DNA of 64,000 nucleotides from NCBI GenBank assembly GCA_951406725.2, contig OX597822.1, forward strand, positions 14,942,001 through 15,006,000, read 5' to 3'. Of the stretch, positions 42,175 through 55,499 are shown in pieces. Every line of letters starts with the position of its first letter. Positions within the stretch are counted from its first letter, which is position 1. Made by a program: the position numbers and the translations under genes. A model generated the notes under the pieces. The model saw nothing but the letters and a program-made list of their open reading frames with translations, did no database searches and was not told where the DNA came from. Source of the stretch: Octopus vulgaris. Taxonomy: Eukaryota.

Positions 42175-42451
42175 TACTATTCTTTCGGATTTTGACACGG
42201 GACAAGCAATTATAGAGGCCGGTCTGGAGCTCTAAAGTCTATTGCATTGACTTTAGTGCTCAACAAGTACTTGCTTAATTGCCCTTCAAAGGATAAAAGG
42301 CACAGTTGAAGTCGGGGGTTGGGGAAGTTGAACTGAGAAACGGAGTAGAAATGCTGCTAAATATTTTATATCAAGCACTATCGATTTTACAAGCACGCTC
42401 TTCTAAATTAATAATAACAATAATAACAACAACAACAACAACAAAAATAAC

Positions 42452-42502
<51 letters not shown>

Positions 42503-42539
42503 TGCATCAGTAGTAGTGAGACATGATTATGGTGGCAGA

Positions 42540-43453
42540 AAGGAAAGCTGAAGAGGGAGACAGAAAGTTGAGCCACAATCGTGGGACCTTGGCATTCTGC
42601 TTCCCATGTTCACCCTTAGTTCGACTCCATTCGAGACAGAAATCAGTTCTGGGACTTTCTCTAACTACTCTGGCTTCACGTGGAGTAGAACATACAAGGT
42701 AGTCTCAACCGAATTTGCCCTCCTCGATCTTTAACATCCAGGAGATTCTACCCGCCGTCCGTACAAGTACAGTCGAGAATCCACCATAAATCCACCATAA
42801 ATCAGAGCCTGATGGGACACCTGGCACCGTAGTTCGTACTACCCTTCTTCCCATGTACGCTGGGAAGAGAGCGATTTCTCGGGTGTGACGCGTGCCTCTC
42901 AGTCTTAAGAAGCACTCCACCGTGCTGACTCGTACTCGCAATGTAGTGGATATCCTGTCATATATCTTTCAAGCCTTTTCACATCTGGTTGTGTTTAGTA
43001 TTTTCCTTGACTTTGTGTTTACGAACCTATTGACAATTCTCCATCTGGCTGTTGTTTCCAGCCTGTCGCTTGGTGGCGTCAATTCTGCCCGCCTTCCATT
43101 TATTTTCACATATTTTGCTACCTTGTTTAGTTTTTTTTGTTTTGTTCTCCGATGAGATGCTAACCAAGTCTTTAGATGCCCTGATATCTGTAAAAGCTTC
43201 TCTCTTGCCAGTAACTCCATTTCTGTTTGTCTCTTCGCAGCAATTGCTTTCAATGTTGTTCTTCGTGACACTGCAATTTACATGCAGTGAAGAAGATTTT
43301 ATTCCTTTCTTGTTGTTGTTATTTTTGTTGTTGTAGTTGTTGTTCTTGTTGTTCTTGTTCCTCTTGTTCTTCTTCTTCTAACTGTCTACTGTTAGTCATG
43401 GTGGGAAGACGGGGAAGTCCTGGTCGCGTTTAGTATTTTCCTTGACTTTGTGT
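42540..43453 (-). mobile_element. Tx1/L1-type ORF1 remnant
   Basis: IALFPAYMGRRVVRTTVPGVP...VPELISVSNGVELRVNMGSRMPRSHDCGS (RRM-like region leading into a decayed zinc knuckle); 26-bp duplication at 42993 and 43428. Confidence 0.55.
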
Positions 43454-44694
43454 ATGCGAGATATTATAGGTAAAGGTAAAAATTCGTAACCTTTTGACCT
43501 CTGGTGACCTTTAAACAGAATAAATTTGCTTATGATTTGCATGAACTTTTAGACTAGTGGTCATTTAAAATATTTTGGCGAAGAATTGCAAAGTCAGAGC
43601 TGTTTGAATTTTCCATACCCCTAATTTTCTGCCTCCAGCTGTAAAAGTGGGCGTGGTCAAAAATTCAATGGAGTGTATCTTCCATTCCAGTTTTCTGTTT
43701 TTGTGGCAACATCAATCAGGGCTACATAAAAATACCCATTAAAGTAAATTACAAAGGACCCGAACCATGGTCTTCCACCGGCCCATGGCCTAAGTTATTT
43801 TCGCTGTCATACATTTTAACAGCTGGATTGTTTGGCTCGTACGACTAGTTTTCTCCTCTTTCTTTTAACACTCATAATGAAACACAGATTTGCTGTAATT
43901 TGGCGAATTTTGAAACTTATAAGCACAATTGAACAAAACCTACACAACCACATTTAAAATTCCCAAAATCTTGGTGTCCTTACATTCTGTCGTCTAACGT
44001 ATTGCGGTAAGGATTATAAATTGAAGTGTGACAAACCTGTTTTGATTGATTTCTAATGTCATGTCCATTCTCAGAAACCAAACACATGTTTCCATATGCT
44101 CTCTCCTCCTTGAACTGAACTAAATATATCTAAACATCAACCAAGGCTTCTTCCACTTGCTCACTGTGTATATTTACACGACACGCTTGTGGCATTCATC
44201 TTTCCTAGTTAGTCATAACCTTTTCTCTTATGGAGTTCTCTTCCATAGAAATGTTCTCCCTGTGATACGAGAGAAAACTACTGTTATTGTTCATAGCGTT
44301 ATAATTGTTGGTTTCCATTGCATTATATGTCAGCCTACACGTTTAACCTTAAAACAAATTCCACTGACACGACAACAAACATATCCCAACTGATTTATTC
44401 AAATTTTCATAAAAACATTTTGGCAAAATTTGCATGATTGTTGTAAATAATGATGTGACTTTTTCACATGTTAATTTTTCTAGATCTTTGCCATCATTCG
44501 CAACATTCATACTGTCTAATTATGGAATTATATATCAGCAAAATCCAAAGAGATCAACTTTTATTGGTTGTATAGAGAATTAAAAGGTAAACAAATATGC
44601 AAACAAGTAATTATTCTCTTCAAATCTGCGAATTAACATTTAAATTCCCACATAAATGAGGAAAGTGTACAAAAGGATCGCTACTGCACCGTTA

Positions 44695-46222
44695 TACCAA
44701 GTTCAGTCAAAAGTGTTCTCATATTTCAAGCTTAAAGCAATACTTCAAAAGATTACATGCAAAAGCGCTTGCTTATCAAAATATATCCCACCCTATTCTA
44801 TTCTCCGTTGTCATCGTTATGTCATTTGGGTGGTTTCGAGGCAACAAACTCCCTGCACCCGTTTTCAACTCCATCCGCTTTACTCTTTTTAAATCTCACA
44901 ACGAGAGATATTCAATGACAGTACTTTGGAGTAAATATTGTTTGCCAACATAACATGGCAGTCCTTGTTTAGGACGAATGTTGCTGAAATCTAGTCCCAG
45001 GTGATATCGTCTCCAGCTGGTTATATGACACTATATGTGTTCTTATATTCTTTCTCCTTGTTCGAAAATATAAGGACACAGTTAGCGTCGTATAGCCAGC
45101 TGGAGACGATGTCTCCTGGGGCTAAATAACAGCAACATTCGTCCTAAACCAGGACTGCCATGTTATCTTGGCGAACAATCTTTACTCATTCACATTGTTG
45201 AAACTCCGTCCGTGCAGGAATTAAGCCATGACTCGGAAAAGGTTTTAATATGATGGTGCAAAATCTGGAATGTGGAGTGAGGCAATACTTCCAGACGCGT
45301 AAGATGTTCAAAACTGCACTCGGTCATATTGGCAGTGTGTGCTGGGACATTGCCATGCTATAGGAGTGCACGTCCTAGAGTGACCAATACTGGTTTGCTG
45401 GCTTTGAAAGCATCATATACTCGCTGCGGTTGCTGAGCATAAAGATTAACGCCCACAGCATAACCATCTGATACACGCTCAAAGTGCTACAACCTTACGA
45501 AATTCTAGCAAACACACATGACCTCCTGTTTAACCATCATTGTTTGACAACAGGTTCTGAAGCCTAGCCGGAAAGAAACCTTTGATTTCTTCTAGAATTA
45601 CGAAAATTGATCCAATTTTCAAACTCAGTTACAATTCGATACCAAAAACGAACACCACGCGGAATTGCTAACAGTTGTTTTCAAATGTTGTCTTGTCGTT
45701 GAACCAGGTTATTGCCCAGTTCATAAGGACTTTTTCACCAACGTCTGTTCACGAGGCCTAGCGTATGGAGGCGTCAGCTCATGGTGGCTTGTGAAGGACC
45801 AACTCCTGCCGACAACTTACAAATGCTTGTGGTTGGCTTTTGTTTAACTCTTTCGAGTAAGGCCCTTTTCTCTTCAATGGAAGGTCTGTCTGACATTTGT
45901 TTTTCTTCGAAGCTGATGCCACCTTCCTTTGAAACGTCGTTGTCAGTCCCTGGACTTTCCACTTTATTGATTTCTTTTCCGCTGCCCTTGAACTCAATCC
46001 GTCTTCCTGCAGGCAGCATAAATAACTCTATTTGAAATTTTTCCACTATTCATTGTCAAAGACCGAAAATAAAGACTAAGCAATTGATGTTTACGTTATA
46101 TATGAAAATAAAGAATTAGCGATTCAGCAACGATTGGACTAGTTGTATCAAATTAGTGATATTACATGGAGATATACATTGTGAAAAATCATTCCAAGAA
46201 CACATTTAACTCAAACCTCGAA
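44695..46222 (-). mobile_element. Decayed near-full-length mariner (Tc1/mariner) transposon
   Basis: Minus strand gives YRIVTEFENW, LL*HGNVPAHTA, PDFAPSY*NLF, FVASKPP and YFD; diverged TIRs taccaagttcagtcaaaagtgttc / gaacacatttaactcaaacctcga; TA at the left end. Confidence 0.85.
44879..45187. mobile_element. Foldback element (259-bp hairpin 44929-45187 plus a 50-bp one-sided extension) inserted in the mariner
   Basis: Arms of about 120 bp from gagtaaa to tttactc; the mariner reading FNNV|DGVEN is split around it; second copy at 57930-58600. Confidence 0.85.
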
Positions 46223-46384
46223 AACGCCTTGCATCGCTTCTTCTGGCTCTTTACCTTCTGACCTCCGGTATTAACTTGGCATTTAATCAATCTGGGGTCG
46301 ATAAAGTAAGGTATCATCAAGCATTAGGACCAGCTGGAATTGCTGGTCGTGTGCCTAAATTAGAGACAATTGGCAATGATTACT

Positions 46385-46605
46385 AAACAACAATAAAACA
46401 TATACAGGGACTAAGTGAACATTTGAGACAATATGACGACAAAAACAATCCTCCACGTTCTACCAACATGCCAAAGATCAACAACGGAGGTACGCTGGGT
46501 CAACTTGACATTCGCATTTTATCCAACCACTCGAAGGACCCAACACTCAGACAAGTACAAGAATACGTCCTCATTAATGAAACATCTCCAGTACTAAATA
46601 GGAAA
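46385..46605 (+). mobile_element. Penelope-like GIY-YIG endonuclease C-terminal fragment
   Basis: ...LSEH...LDIRIL...PTLRQVQEYVLINETSPVLNRK matches the EH...R..E...I....P.LN pattern. Confidence 0.7.
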
Positions 46606-46639
46606 TTATTATTTTCCCAATGAAAATCCTATCTATATA

Positions 46640-47190
46640 CGATCTAGATGACCCTAAGTGGTTGAGCAGGTCCACACTGGCGCATTAGGGAAATCTCGTC
46701 GGTAATTGTCACAGAGTTAGAACTGGCTGATCAGGTGCTTGCGGCATTTGCACTTCGCACTTCTTTCAGGTACTCCGACACAATCTAAGCGTTGATCTAA
46801 GATTCCCTTCCAGTACCATACTAATAGTTAAGGGCGAGACGTATCTAGAAAGGCTTCCAGACACCTAAAGAAACCTGGCCGTTTGGTTCCGGTATAAGCG
46901 TAGGTTGTTACCAGTGTAAAGACGTTGCCTTCACTATTGCTCACGTCCAGGACTACCAACTTCCATGTTCGGATTCCGGAAGATCGATTTTACCTGGAGA
47001 TCCATCTCTTTTCTAAACAGCACTGCCACTCCACCTCCTATTCCCGACCGAATAACTGATGTAAAGAACTGATAGTCACTGCACATGGGGGCCAGTGCAC
47101 TTGTATTTGAAATCCCGGTCTCCCTAACAGCAATTATATCCAATTTTAGAGACTTGAGGTCTTTGAGCAGGGTGACCCTAGTCCTCGAAA
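46640..47190 (-). mobile_element. Tx1/L1 apurinic-like endonuclease (APE) fragment
   Basis: LDIIAVRET and GGGVAVLF motifs, then LVVLDV...TYA...FFRCLEAFL in a shifted frame. Confidence 0.85.
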
Positions 47191-47660
47191 CCACATTCTT
47201 GGATTATGGAGTGTATTAACCTATTTGGTATTGCATCGAATATTGAGCGATTGCTCGGAAAAAGTATGGTGAATTGGTGGACGGACCTGACAGCATACGG
47301 AAGAAGTTTAGGAAGAGTAGAAATTAGAAGAGACATCTTCGAAGGGGACTGTCTGTCCCCACTGATCTTTGTACTGTGCGTCATACCAATAACACTGATT
47401 CTGAGGAAAGCAAAAGTTGGGTATGTATTCAAAAGCCGCCAGTGAAACGTCAACCATTTGCTATTCATGGAGGACCTCAAACTTTACGGTTAAGATGAAG
47501 CCCAAGTCAGCTCCCTCGTTGATATGGTGTATACCTTCAATGCTGATATCAGAATGGAGTTCGGACTGAGAAAGTGTAGTGTGTTAGTATTAAAGAGAGG
47601 CAAAAACCAAATGTATGGAAGGACTTACGATACCGTCGGGGGAGGTTATGAAGCAGATAG
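47191..47660 (+). mobile_element. R4/Dong-type reverse transcriptase fragment
   Basis: PHSWI...IRRDIFEGDCLSPLIF...NHLLFMEDLKLY...MEFGLRKC. Confidence 0.92.
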
Positions 47661-48759
47661 AAGCTTAGAATTGTTAGAAGAGTTAGAAGCAGATAGAAGC
47701 GTTGGAAAATGTGCGAAGGCAATAATATTGATGATGATGATGAGAATGATGATGATGATTATAACTTTAAGATTCGTTAGGTAATATTCATGAGTTATTT
47801 GGTTTTATAGGAAAGGGAAATAGAGTTACTTAAATTAAATGCAAGGGAATCAAATCCGGGTAATTTACGCCGTTGAAATACATTGTTTGCGTGAAAGTAT
47901 GTAGCGTAAGACTTTGATAAGTATTCATAGAAATAAGTAGAGATTTTATTTTCTATCTTTATAATTTTCTCCATCAATCGAAACATGAGAGTATGCAAAC
48001 AGTGGCAATCCTTCAGCTATGAATTGCTACAAGTTTGTGTGAATCTTTACAAACAGATACGCGGAGATTAGGAGCGACGATAATTATGTAATCAGCAGTA
48101 ATTTTAGGTGTCCTTTTTATTGGATGCAGGGCATCTTGGATTATTTAATCTACTTGCAACATTGGAATAGATAAGATATCGAATTTTCATAGCATGGCTC
48201 GTGAAATTATATTCTTGTGCAGGAACTGTGTATGGAGCATCCTTAAGTAAGCTGTTTAAATTTACTTGCTGGCTGGCTATTATGTATGAAGCTACCTAGA
48301 AGGAGATGTCTCCATTAACATGTAAATTCGATGGCATCTTAATAGGCTATTAAGAAGCGAGAATATATTTAAGCTATTTGCGCGTGTGTGACTGAAAATA
48401 TTAATCTGTTACTTCGGTATAAAAATTCCTAATTTCTATCCGAGAGTAATGAATCTGTATGACATTAACGCTAAGTTTCCGAACATTAGTGCTCTAAAGA
48501 AAGAGAAATAATTTCCGCTGAAAATATGAGGCTCACCACAGATCATTTCTTGCTTCGCGACAAATTTTTACAAAATAACCGGAAGTGAAAGCAAGTCATC
48601 TGCTTTTACTTTGAAGCATTGATTGAAACAAAGGAAGTACGTCAACACGTGACGTACTAGAAATAATGACCAAATTTGTTTCAGATAATATCCTGCCCAC
48701 ATAAATAAAGAAAGGACACATTTGTTAATGTGCGAACAAATAATCTACCACGCAAAAAT

Positions 48760-48890
48760 TAGAAAAAGAAAAGCAAGATCAAAAGGAAAACGAGTTGGGC
48801 TGTGTGCAATCCCTCTGATTATAGGTATATCGATCAAAGTTACTTTGGGGATAAACAACCAGGAGGCATTCAGAAGTTGCGCATGGTGAT
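48760..48890 (-). mobile_element. Possible Helitron Pif1-helicase remnant
   Basis: LFIPKVTL...TRFPFDLAF resembles VFIPRITL...QFPVRLAF; short and diverged. Confidence 0.3.
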
Positions 48891-49051
48891 TAGATGAGAT
48901 TGAAACTGAATTATAAAAGGCAAAAATATACATTCTGTGTTCTGATATAATGATATGCGTACCAGACAAAGAATACATTATTTTATTTTAGAGGTATACC
49001 TGCCGGGCAACTGATTCGATCTTGAGACCGTGCGTTGAAACGAAGATATTC

Positions 49052-49189
49052 AAAAACACATAATCTGTTAACTTCAGCACTCAAACATTTATGATTTGGT
49101 TGTCAAAGATTTGTCGCTCAAGTCGTGACCTGGTCACTGACAACAAGTAATAAATGTTTGAGTGAAGTCAACAGATTTTATGTTATTTT
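49052..49189. mobile_element. Small MITE-like foldback (arms about 50 bp); related core at 34145-34190 in reverse
   Basis: aatctgttaacttc..cactcaaacatttat...ttgtca vs tgacaac...ataaatgtttgagtgaagtcaacagatt; shared gtgacctggtcactgaca. Confidence 0.7.
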
Positions 49190-49299
49190 CTTTTAATGGC
49201 TGATTTCTGTCTTCTACGCTGTAATGAAAATTTTAGAATTTTAGAAACAAAACACATGAGCGCTGCCTCGTCTCCACTGAGTGAATAATAATGCAAATG

Positions 49300-49337
<38 letters not shown>

Positions 49338-50364
49338 CGTGTGTGTATGTGTGTGTGTGTGCGTGTGTGTGTGTGTGATAACCAGTAGACAGTGTACATA
49401 CAAATGGTTCAGAGTTCGATGCACAAACGCGAGACTCTCAGTTTGATATGAAGTACCCGGGAATATTGGGCAAGTAACTTTTATCAAAGTCTCTGAAAGA
49501 CAGATGCTTTCTGAATGAAAATGAGAGGATAGAAAATGTGTGTAAACTTATAGGATAAATCGTAACAGCAATTCGCATTTTCACCATTGCTGTGTATTGT
49601 GTCACGCTAAAATGGTCTGAAAATTAAATTAAGATTAGTGTTGTCATTGGTTACAGAGTTACATGTTCATTTAATGAAGCGAATGATCAACTGGTTGATT
49701 TGGGCAATTGACTACTCATCGTCGAAACGGACTTGCTCACCATCATCATCTGTCTTTAATAAAACTTGCCTGTCATTGAAACATTATCAAGCATTCCGTT
49801 CCGTAGTCTTAGGCGTTTCTACATATTTTAAAATCATTTTGTTACGCGAGTAAATAATATCTCTGACACTTTTCAAGTCAACAATATTGATGAGAGTGAG
49901 AGAGAAAAGTAGCCCCAAACCGGAGGCCTCGCGACAAGGCTTGCAACAAAGGCGACTCTGATTAAAGCCAGCTAAGGTACCAGATGGCGGTGTTTAACTG
50001 GGCAGCACATTAAGTCTATTCACGAACTAGGTTATGGCAAGATTAAAACGCAAAGCACGAACAGTCAGATTAAATTTTGTAAAGTGGCAGCAAACTCGAC
50101 ATTCTTGCAGTTTCGTCAATCCAATACACTGGGTTGATACTTGTTTGTTAACACTGAAAAGATAAGAAACAATTTCGACTATCGTGAAATTTGAATTCAG
50201 GGCGTAGAGAATCGGAAAATTAGAATGGTGAATTTTATTAAACACTTTAAAATCTTTCAGTTTGCAGTTATATAACACCTGTCTATAATAGTGAGTCTGG
50301 AAATATTTAAGTGTCTTGATAGAAGTTTTATCTCAGCCCGGCAGTGATGGGATTAAAGTTTGAC

Positions 50365-50462
50365 GTAGGGTTGAAGGCCCTGGTTTAGTGTCAGGGTTTA
50401 GGGCTAAGATTTAAGGCTAAGGTTTAAAACTTAGCGTTGAGTTTATATTTGAGTTAGGATTA
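50365..50462 (+). repeat. Degenerate TTAGGG-like repeats
   Basis: tagggtt, cagggtttagggctaag, ggctaaggttt, ttagcgtt, gttaggat. Confidence 0.5.
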
Positions 50463-51319
50463 CAAAACTACGATTGTTTGGTTGTTAGTTACTCATTCTA
50501 GCAAACCAAGCATTTGTAACTGGTTGGAAATATCTGAAACTGAAATTGTAGCAGACTATGAAATGAAGAAGTAACCCGATCGTAGTGTCGTTTTAAGGTA
50601 AAGTTTGGGTAAGAGTGGCAAGTTTTCTGGCAAGAAAGGGAGAACAAAACCCTGTCTCATAGTTCACTGCATCACAGGGCTGCGCAATGTTGTAACAACT
50701 TATAACCTAACTGAAGATGGATTCGGAATACTTAACACAAAGATGACTTCATGACGTAAAAGACACGCAAGGACCCTTGTAATGGTTGTGTATTTTGTGA
50801 CGGAGTAAATCTGTCTACAGTGCAACCGAGAAGAGGAACCTTCTGGTGAGCTTCTGAACACATGACCACATGACCACATGGTTGTGCATCCACTTTCGTA
50901 ACCATGTAATATTTCGACCAACTGATATTGGCATGGCGTTATAGAATAAACCGATGCAAGCAATATGGCCATTCTCTTCCTCTACTTTGAGAGAATTTGA
51001 GATCAACAAGGCGAAGCATTAAATGGGTTATATCTTTCCAGGTAGTTTATTAAATTAAACTAACTCGATTTCTAGGTATCTTCTTTTCCGTTTTCTTGCT
51101 AACTGTACAAAATTCTGATGTTTGTTGGTTGTGTTTTTATTGCTGTCGTTTTTGCTGTTTTTGTTGCTGTTGTTTTGTGTTTGCTCTACGCTCAACGAGT
51201 GAACCTATACTGAAATACTTTCCTGTTATGGCCACCCCTTCCAATATAGGTTTATAACCGATATGTCTTTTCAAAAAACATGTAGGACATAATTTTAGGT
51301 AGATTTCTCTAGTATTAGT

Positions 51320-52480
51320 AATAGATGGAGTAACTTTGAAGTTTCTCCTTCATTGGTTCCTGCTTTCTGGAGGGTTTAATTCTTTGCTGAAGAATCAATG
51401 CAGCAAATGTAACAAGTCATGTGACCAAGAGTCTTCGGTGATGAAAGGTTTTCGTTTTCACTGGATTATTCCAGCGGGTAATTTACATCAAATGTTACAT
51501 TCATTGAATGCAACAGACTTTAACAGAGATTGATAAATGGAATTTATGATGTTTGTTTGCTTGCATGGTTCTTAATGTTGGCTTGGTTGTCGAACTGTGG
51601 TTGTTGTGGTGTTTGCAATATCGCAGCTGCCTCTGAAGTTGTTGTTGTTGGTGGTTAATGAGATAGTGTTGATATTTTACTCTCTTGCAGTTTCGAACCT
51701 TAAAATCTCCCAGCTTTTTGTGAGGGCAGATTTGATTAGTCCTTTTCCTCTTTTCCCACCTTTAAATCCAGTTTTCCATTTCTCACATTATCGCCTTCAT
51801 TGCAGAACATGTCTGAATAATCTGAAGAGGAGAAGAATATGTCTTGTAATGTTGCATCGAAGTTGGTGGAATTGTGTTCCTGGTAATGTTGATGTTCGTT
51901 TTGATGTAGCTGTTGGAATTGAGTGTTCTGTCACTGTTTTGGGTGGGCGATGTTGTTTCTATTGCCCCTATCCCTGTCTTCACGGCTGTTTCAGATTTTA
52001 TTGTTACATCTCTGTTATTGATGTTGTAGTTGTGGCTGCATTCTAATGTTGCTATTGATTTTCAGATTTTGCATTGAGAGCACTGGAAGGTGGTGCTTCT
52101 CTCATTTCCCCTCTGTTATGGTCAGAAAGCCTTTAGTTGGTTGGTTGGTTGGTAACCTACGTATGTCACATCATAGCGTTAGTCTTTCTACCACTACATA
52201 CAATATGCTTTCATTCAGCAAATCAATCGGATGTGGGATGGCACCAATTCTCTTGGGAACTGTTTGGATTAGAATCGCCATTTCTATCCCCGACTAGTTT
52301 TCGATGAGTGGATTTCGCTCATCTGACAATATAGTTATCCCGAAACAGCAGTTGTTTATTTTTGCTGACCCTTCTACTAACATTACTTTGGCCAAGCCGT
52401 GAGTTTATTAGCATTAATTCCTTGTTTTTCGGAGTATCCATGTGCTGATTTCTTCCCCTCACTTCTGTGGGGACTCTGTC
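51320..52480 (-). mobile_element. Second decayed Tx1/L1-type ORF1 remnant
   Basis: IGAIPHPIDLLNESILYVVVERLTL*CD parallels VPELISVSNGVELRVNMGSRMPR at 42.6 kb, followed by a low-complexity T/N-rich region. Confidence 0.4.
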
Positions 52481-52909
52481 ATCAATCGTATCTTTATCGT
52501 AATCACGAGTAATGACGGTTTTTTGAGTCAGGAAGGATTTAAAGTACCGTTTTACATAGGTTTATTTTAGTTTTAAACCAACAATATTTTTGACGCTATA
52601 CACCGGTAAGTGACAAGGTACATACTGATTTCTAAAATAAATTCAAGCACAACGAGACTCAATCTTTGAAGTACTTTATTCACCAGTTATCTGAAGTGTG
52701 ACATTGGTCTTCTACTTTTCTATGAAGCTTTTCTGAAGCCTGTGCTGCGCTGAAAATAGACTCAGCTCTTTGCAAATGCTTGGTTTTAAATTGTTTCACT
52801 GCAAGTGTCATGAGTGGTTTTGGAGGTGGAGATGTCTTTGTTTAGTACTGGAAGACTTGAAATGTGTATTCTTCCCACAAGTGATAAATGATAATAATAA
52901 TAATAATAA

Positions 52910-52958
<49 letters not shown>

Positions 52959-52978
52959 GGTGGTGGTGGTGGTGGTGG

Positions 52979-53009
<31 letters not shown>

Positions 53010-53010
53010 A

Positions 53011-53564
53011 GCCCTGATGTAGTACCAGGCAGTGGCTCTCATGGATTCTTATCTTAACTGATTGGAAGTGTTATCATGTACATTGTTTTGTCTTGGTATA
53101 AAAGATGGGCTACAACAAATATTCCGCTCAATACCACAGATTTGCTTGTCAGTTGTTTGACCGTAACCAGTTGAGCATGTCCCTTAGTGGCTGACGATAT
53201 GTGCATCTCTGATCACGAGCAGAAGTAGTGGGGGAGCATCATAGCCATGTGTTGAGAGGGATTCTTTGGGGTTTGAATAATTCACCTCTGGACACATGGG
53301 TATTTCGTTCAACATCCTTAAACAACCCTTATTCAATGACCTTTTTAGTGGGATGGGTTACTCGACCAGAAGAAAATTCTAACTGGGCCTCACCTGCAAG
53401 GTCATACGCTGTTTATCTTGATATGAGATCACCATGTCGCGCACATATGGTTGTGATGCATGTGCCTAGTGTACCCTTATCAGACGGGTAGTCATGATGG
53501 GTTTACTGGGCTTTGTATAGTTTACCCCAGTGTCACTTTGATGGCATGAACTGCTCTCTCACTC
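53011..53564 (+). mobile_element. About 560-bp non-coding element with (TAA)n tail
   Basis: Near-identical reverse copy at 62074-62635 and a partial one at 55280-55488, all ending ..cactc then (AAT)n. Confidence 0.9.
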
Positions 53565-53604
53565 AATGATAATAATAATAATAATAATAATAATGATGAT
53601 GATG

Positions 53605-53653
<49 letters not shown>

Positions 53654-53654
<1 letters not shown>

Positions 53655-53953
53655 TTGATTCCAGGATCGTAAAGAAAGAAGACGAAAAATAAAAACAAAA
53701 ACTACAATCCCTTAAAATCAAAAATGGGAATAGTTTGGAGCACGAGAAAAATAAAGGTCTAGCTTATAATAATTGGTGCGTTGAAAACAGTGAGGAAAGA
53801 TTTAGACAAATGGTTGAAGGAGATTGGAATAGAATGCCCTGTAGAGCTCCTGCAGAAAGCTTGTCTCTTAGGGACAGCAAGGATTATCAGGAGGGTTCTA
53901 AGCACTCGAAAAGACTGCTTAAAACTTGTGGATAACTAAGGTTACAGGTAGTA
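53654..53953 (+). mobile_element. R4/Dong-type RLE C-terminal fragment after (TAA)n
   Basis: FDSRIVKKEDEK...IIIGALKTV...LLQKACLLGTARIIRRVL. Confidence 0.85.
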
Positions 53954-54350
53954 GGCGCATGAGTGGCTGTGTTGTAAGTAGCTTGCTTACCAACCACATG
54001 GTTTCGGTTTCAGTCCCATTGCGTGGCATCTTGGGCAAGTGTCTTCTGCTATAGCCCCGGGCCGACCAATGCCTTGTGAGTGGATTTGGTAGATAGAAAT
54101 TGAAAGAGGCCTGTCGTATATATGTATATATATATGTGTATCTGTGTTTGTCCCCCTACCATTGCTTGACAACCGATGCTGGTGTGTTTACGTCCCCGTC
54201 ACTTAGCGGTTCGGCAAAATAGACCGATAGAATAAGTACTGGGCTTACAAAAAGAATAAGTCCCGGGGTCGATTTGCTCGACTAAAGGCGGTGCTCCAAC
54301 ATGGCCGCGGTCAAATGACTGAAGCAAGTAAAAGAGTAAAGAGTAAAGAG
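53954..54350 (+). mobile_element. SINE family A, full length
   Basis: Same as the 18357 copy; (aaagagt)n tail. Confidence 0.9.
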
Positions 54351-55241
54351 TAGAGCGCAACCCACATAGATCCTATCAGGAATAAGACCGATCCTGAGCC
54401 AAACCAAAATAATAACAGCAATAACACCAGCCACAATGATTTCCAGACTAAGGCGCAAAACTCTTAATTCGGAAGAGATAGAGCTCATCCATTCCATCGA
54501 CACCACAAAGATGAACTTGACTCCTAACGATTTTGAACTTGGCATATGGAGAATCGGAACAAATATTAGAAGGCATTTTTCCGAAGCTCTACAGATTTTG
54601 GCAGCAATAATATAATATTTTTCGAGATAAATTTAATTAAGATGCTGTGAATAGGTAAAGTATGGAGATTCACTTAGGCTGACGGTCTATACAACATCGT
54701 GCCGTAAATTATCAATAATATGCACACATGCATGTATGTATGTATGTATGTATGTATGTATGTATGTATGTATGTATGTATGTATGTATGTATGTATGTA
54801 TGTATGATTGTATATTTGCCGATAGATGTGGTACAAGTACAAAGATACTTCGGCAATAATTTATGTAGACAACGTTAGACAGTGAGAAAACATTAGCAAA
54901 CCGGTGTAGTGTGCAAATATATTGCACTCTGGATATAAATGAAGAAATCAATTAAATTTACACATTGAGCAACAGATGACATTCTAGGTGAAGTGTCAGG
55001 AATATTGTGTATTGGAATTACATATAGAAGGAAGCCTTTTGAATTAGAAGCAATTTTATGTGATATGCATATATCATTTAGACATTACTATTCAAGATAA
55101 TTATGCGATGCTGTATCGATGGCAAATGCAGAATTTGTCTTGATCAATAAGCTCTACACTTGCACAAGAAATGTTATTGTTCATATCATTATTTATCCTA
55201 ACTTCTTATACCAACATCTATGAAGGTACACTGAATTATTA

Positions 55242-55279
<38 letters not shown>

Positions 55280-55488
55280 GAGTGAGCAGCAGTGCATGCA
55301 ATCAAAGTGACACTGGGGTAAAATATACGAAGCCCAGTATACCCATCATGACAACCTGTCTGATAAGTGTACACCGGGCACATGCATCACAACCATATGT
55401 GCGCAACATAGTGATCTCATATCAAGATAAACAGCACATGACCTTGCAGGTGGGGCCCAGTTAGAATTTTCTTCTGCTCGAGTAGCCC
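55280..55488 (-). mobile_element. 3' part of the 560-bp (TAA)-tailed element
   Basis: Matches 62074-62283. Confidence 0.88.
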
Positions 55489-55499
55489 TGCATTTATAG

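Noticed and set aside
50365-50462. True telomere or chromosome fusion site
   Set aside because: Repeats are few and highly degenerate; more like the simple repeat inside a non-autonomous element
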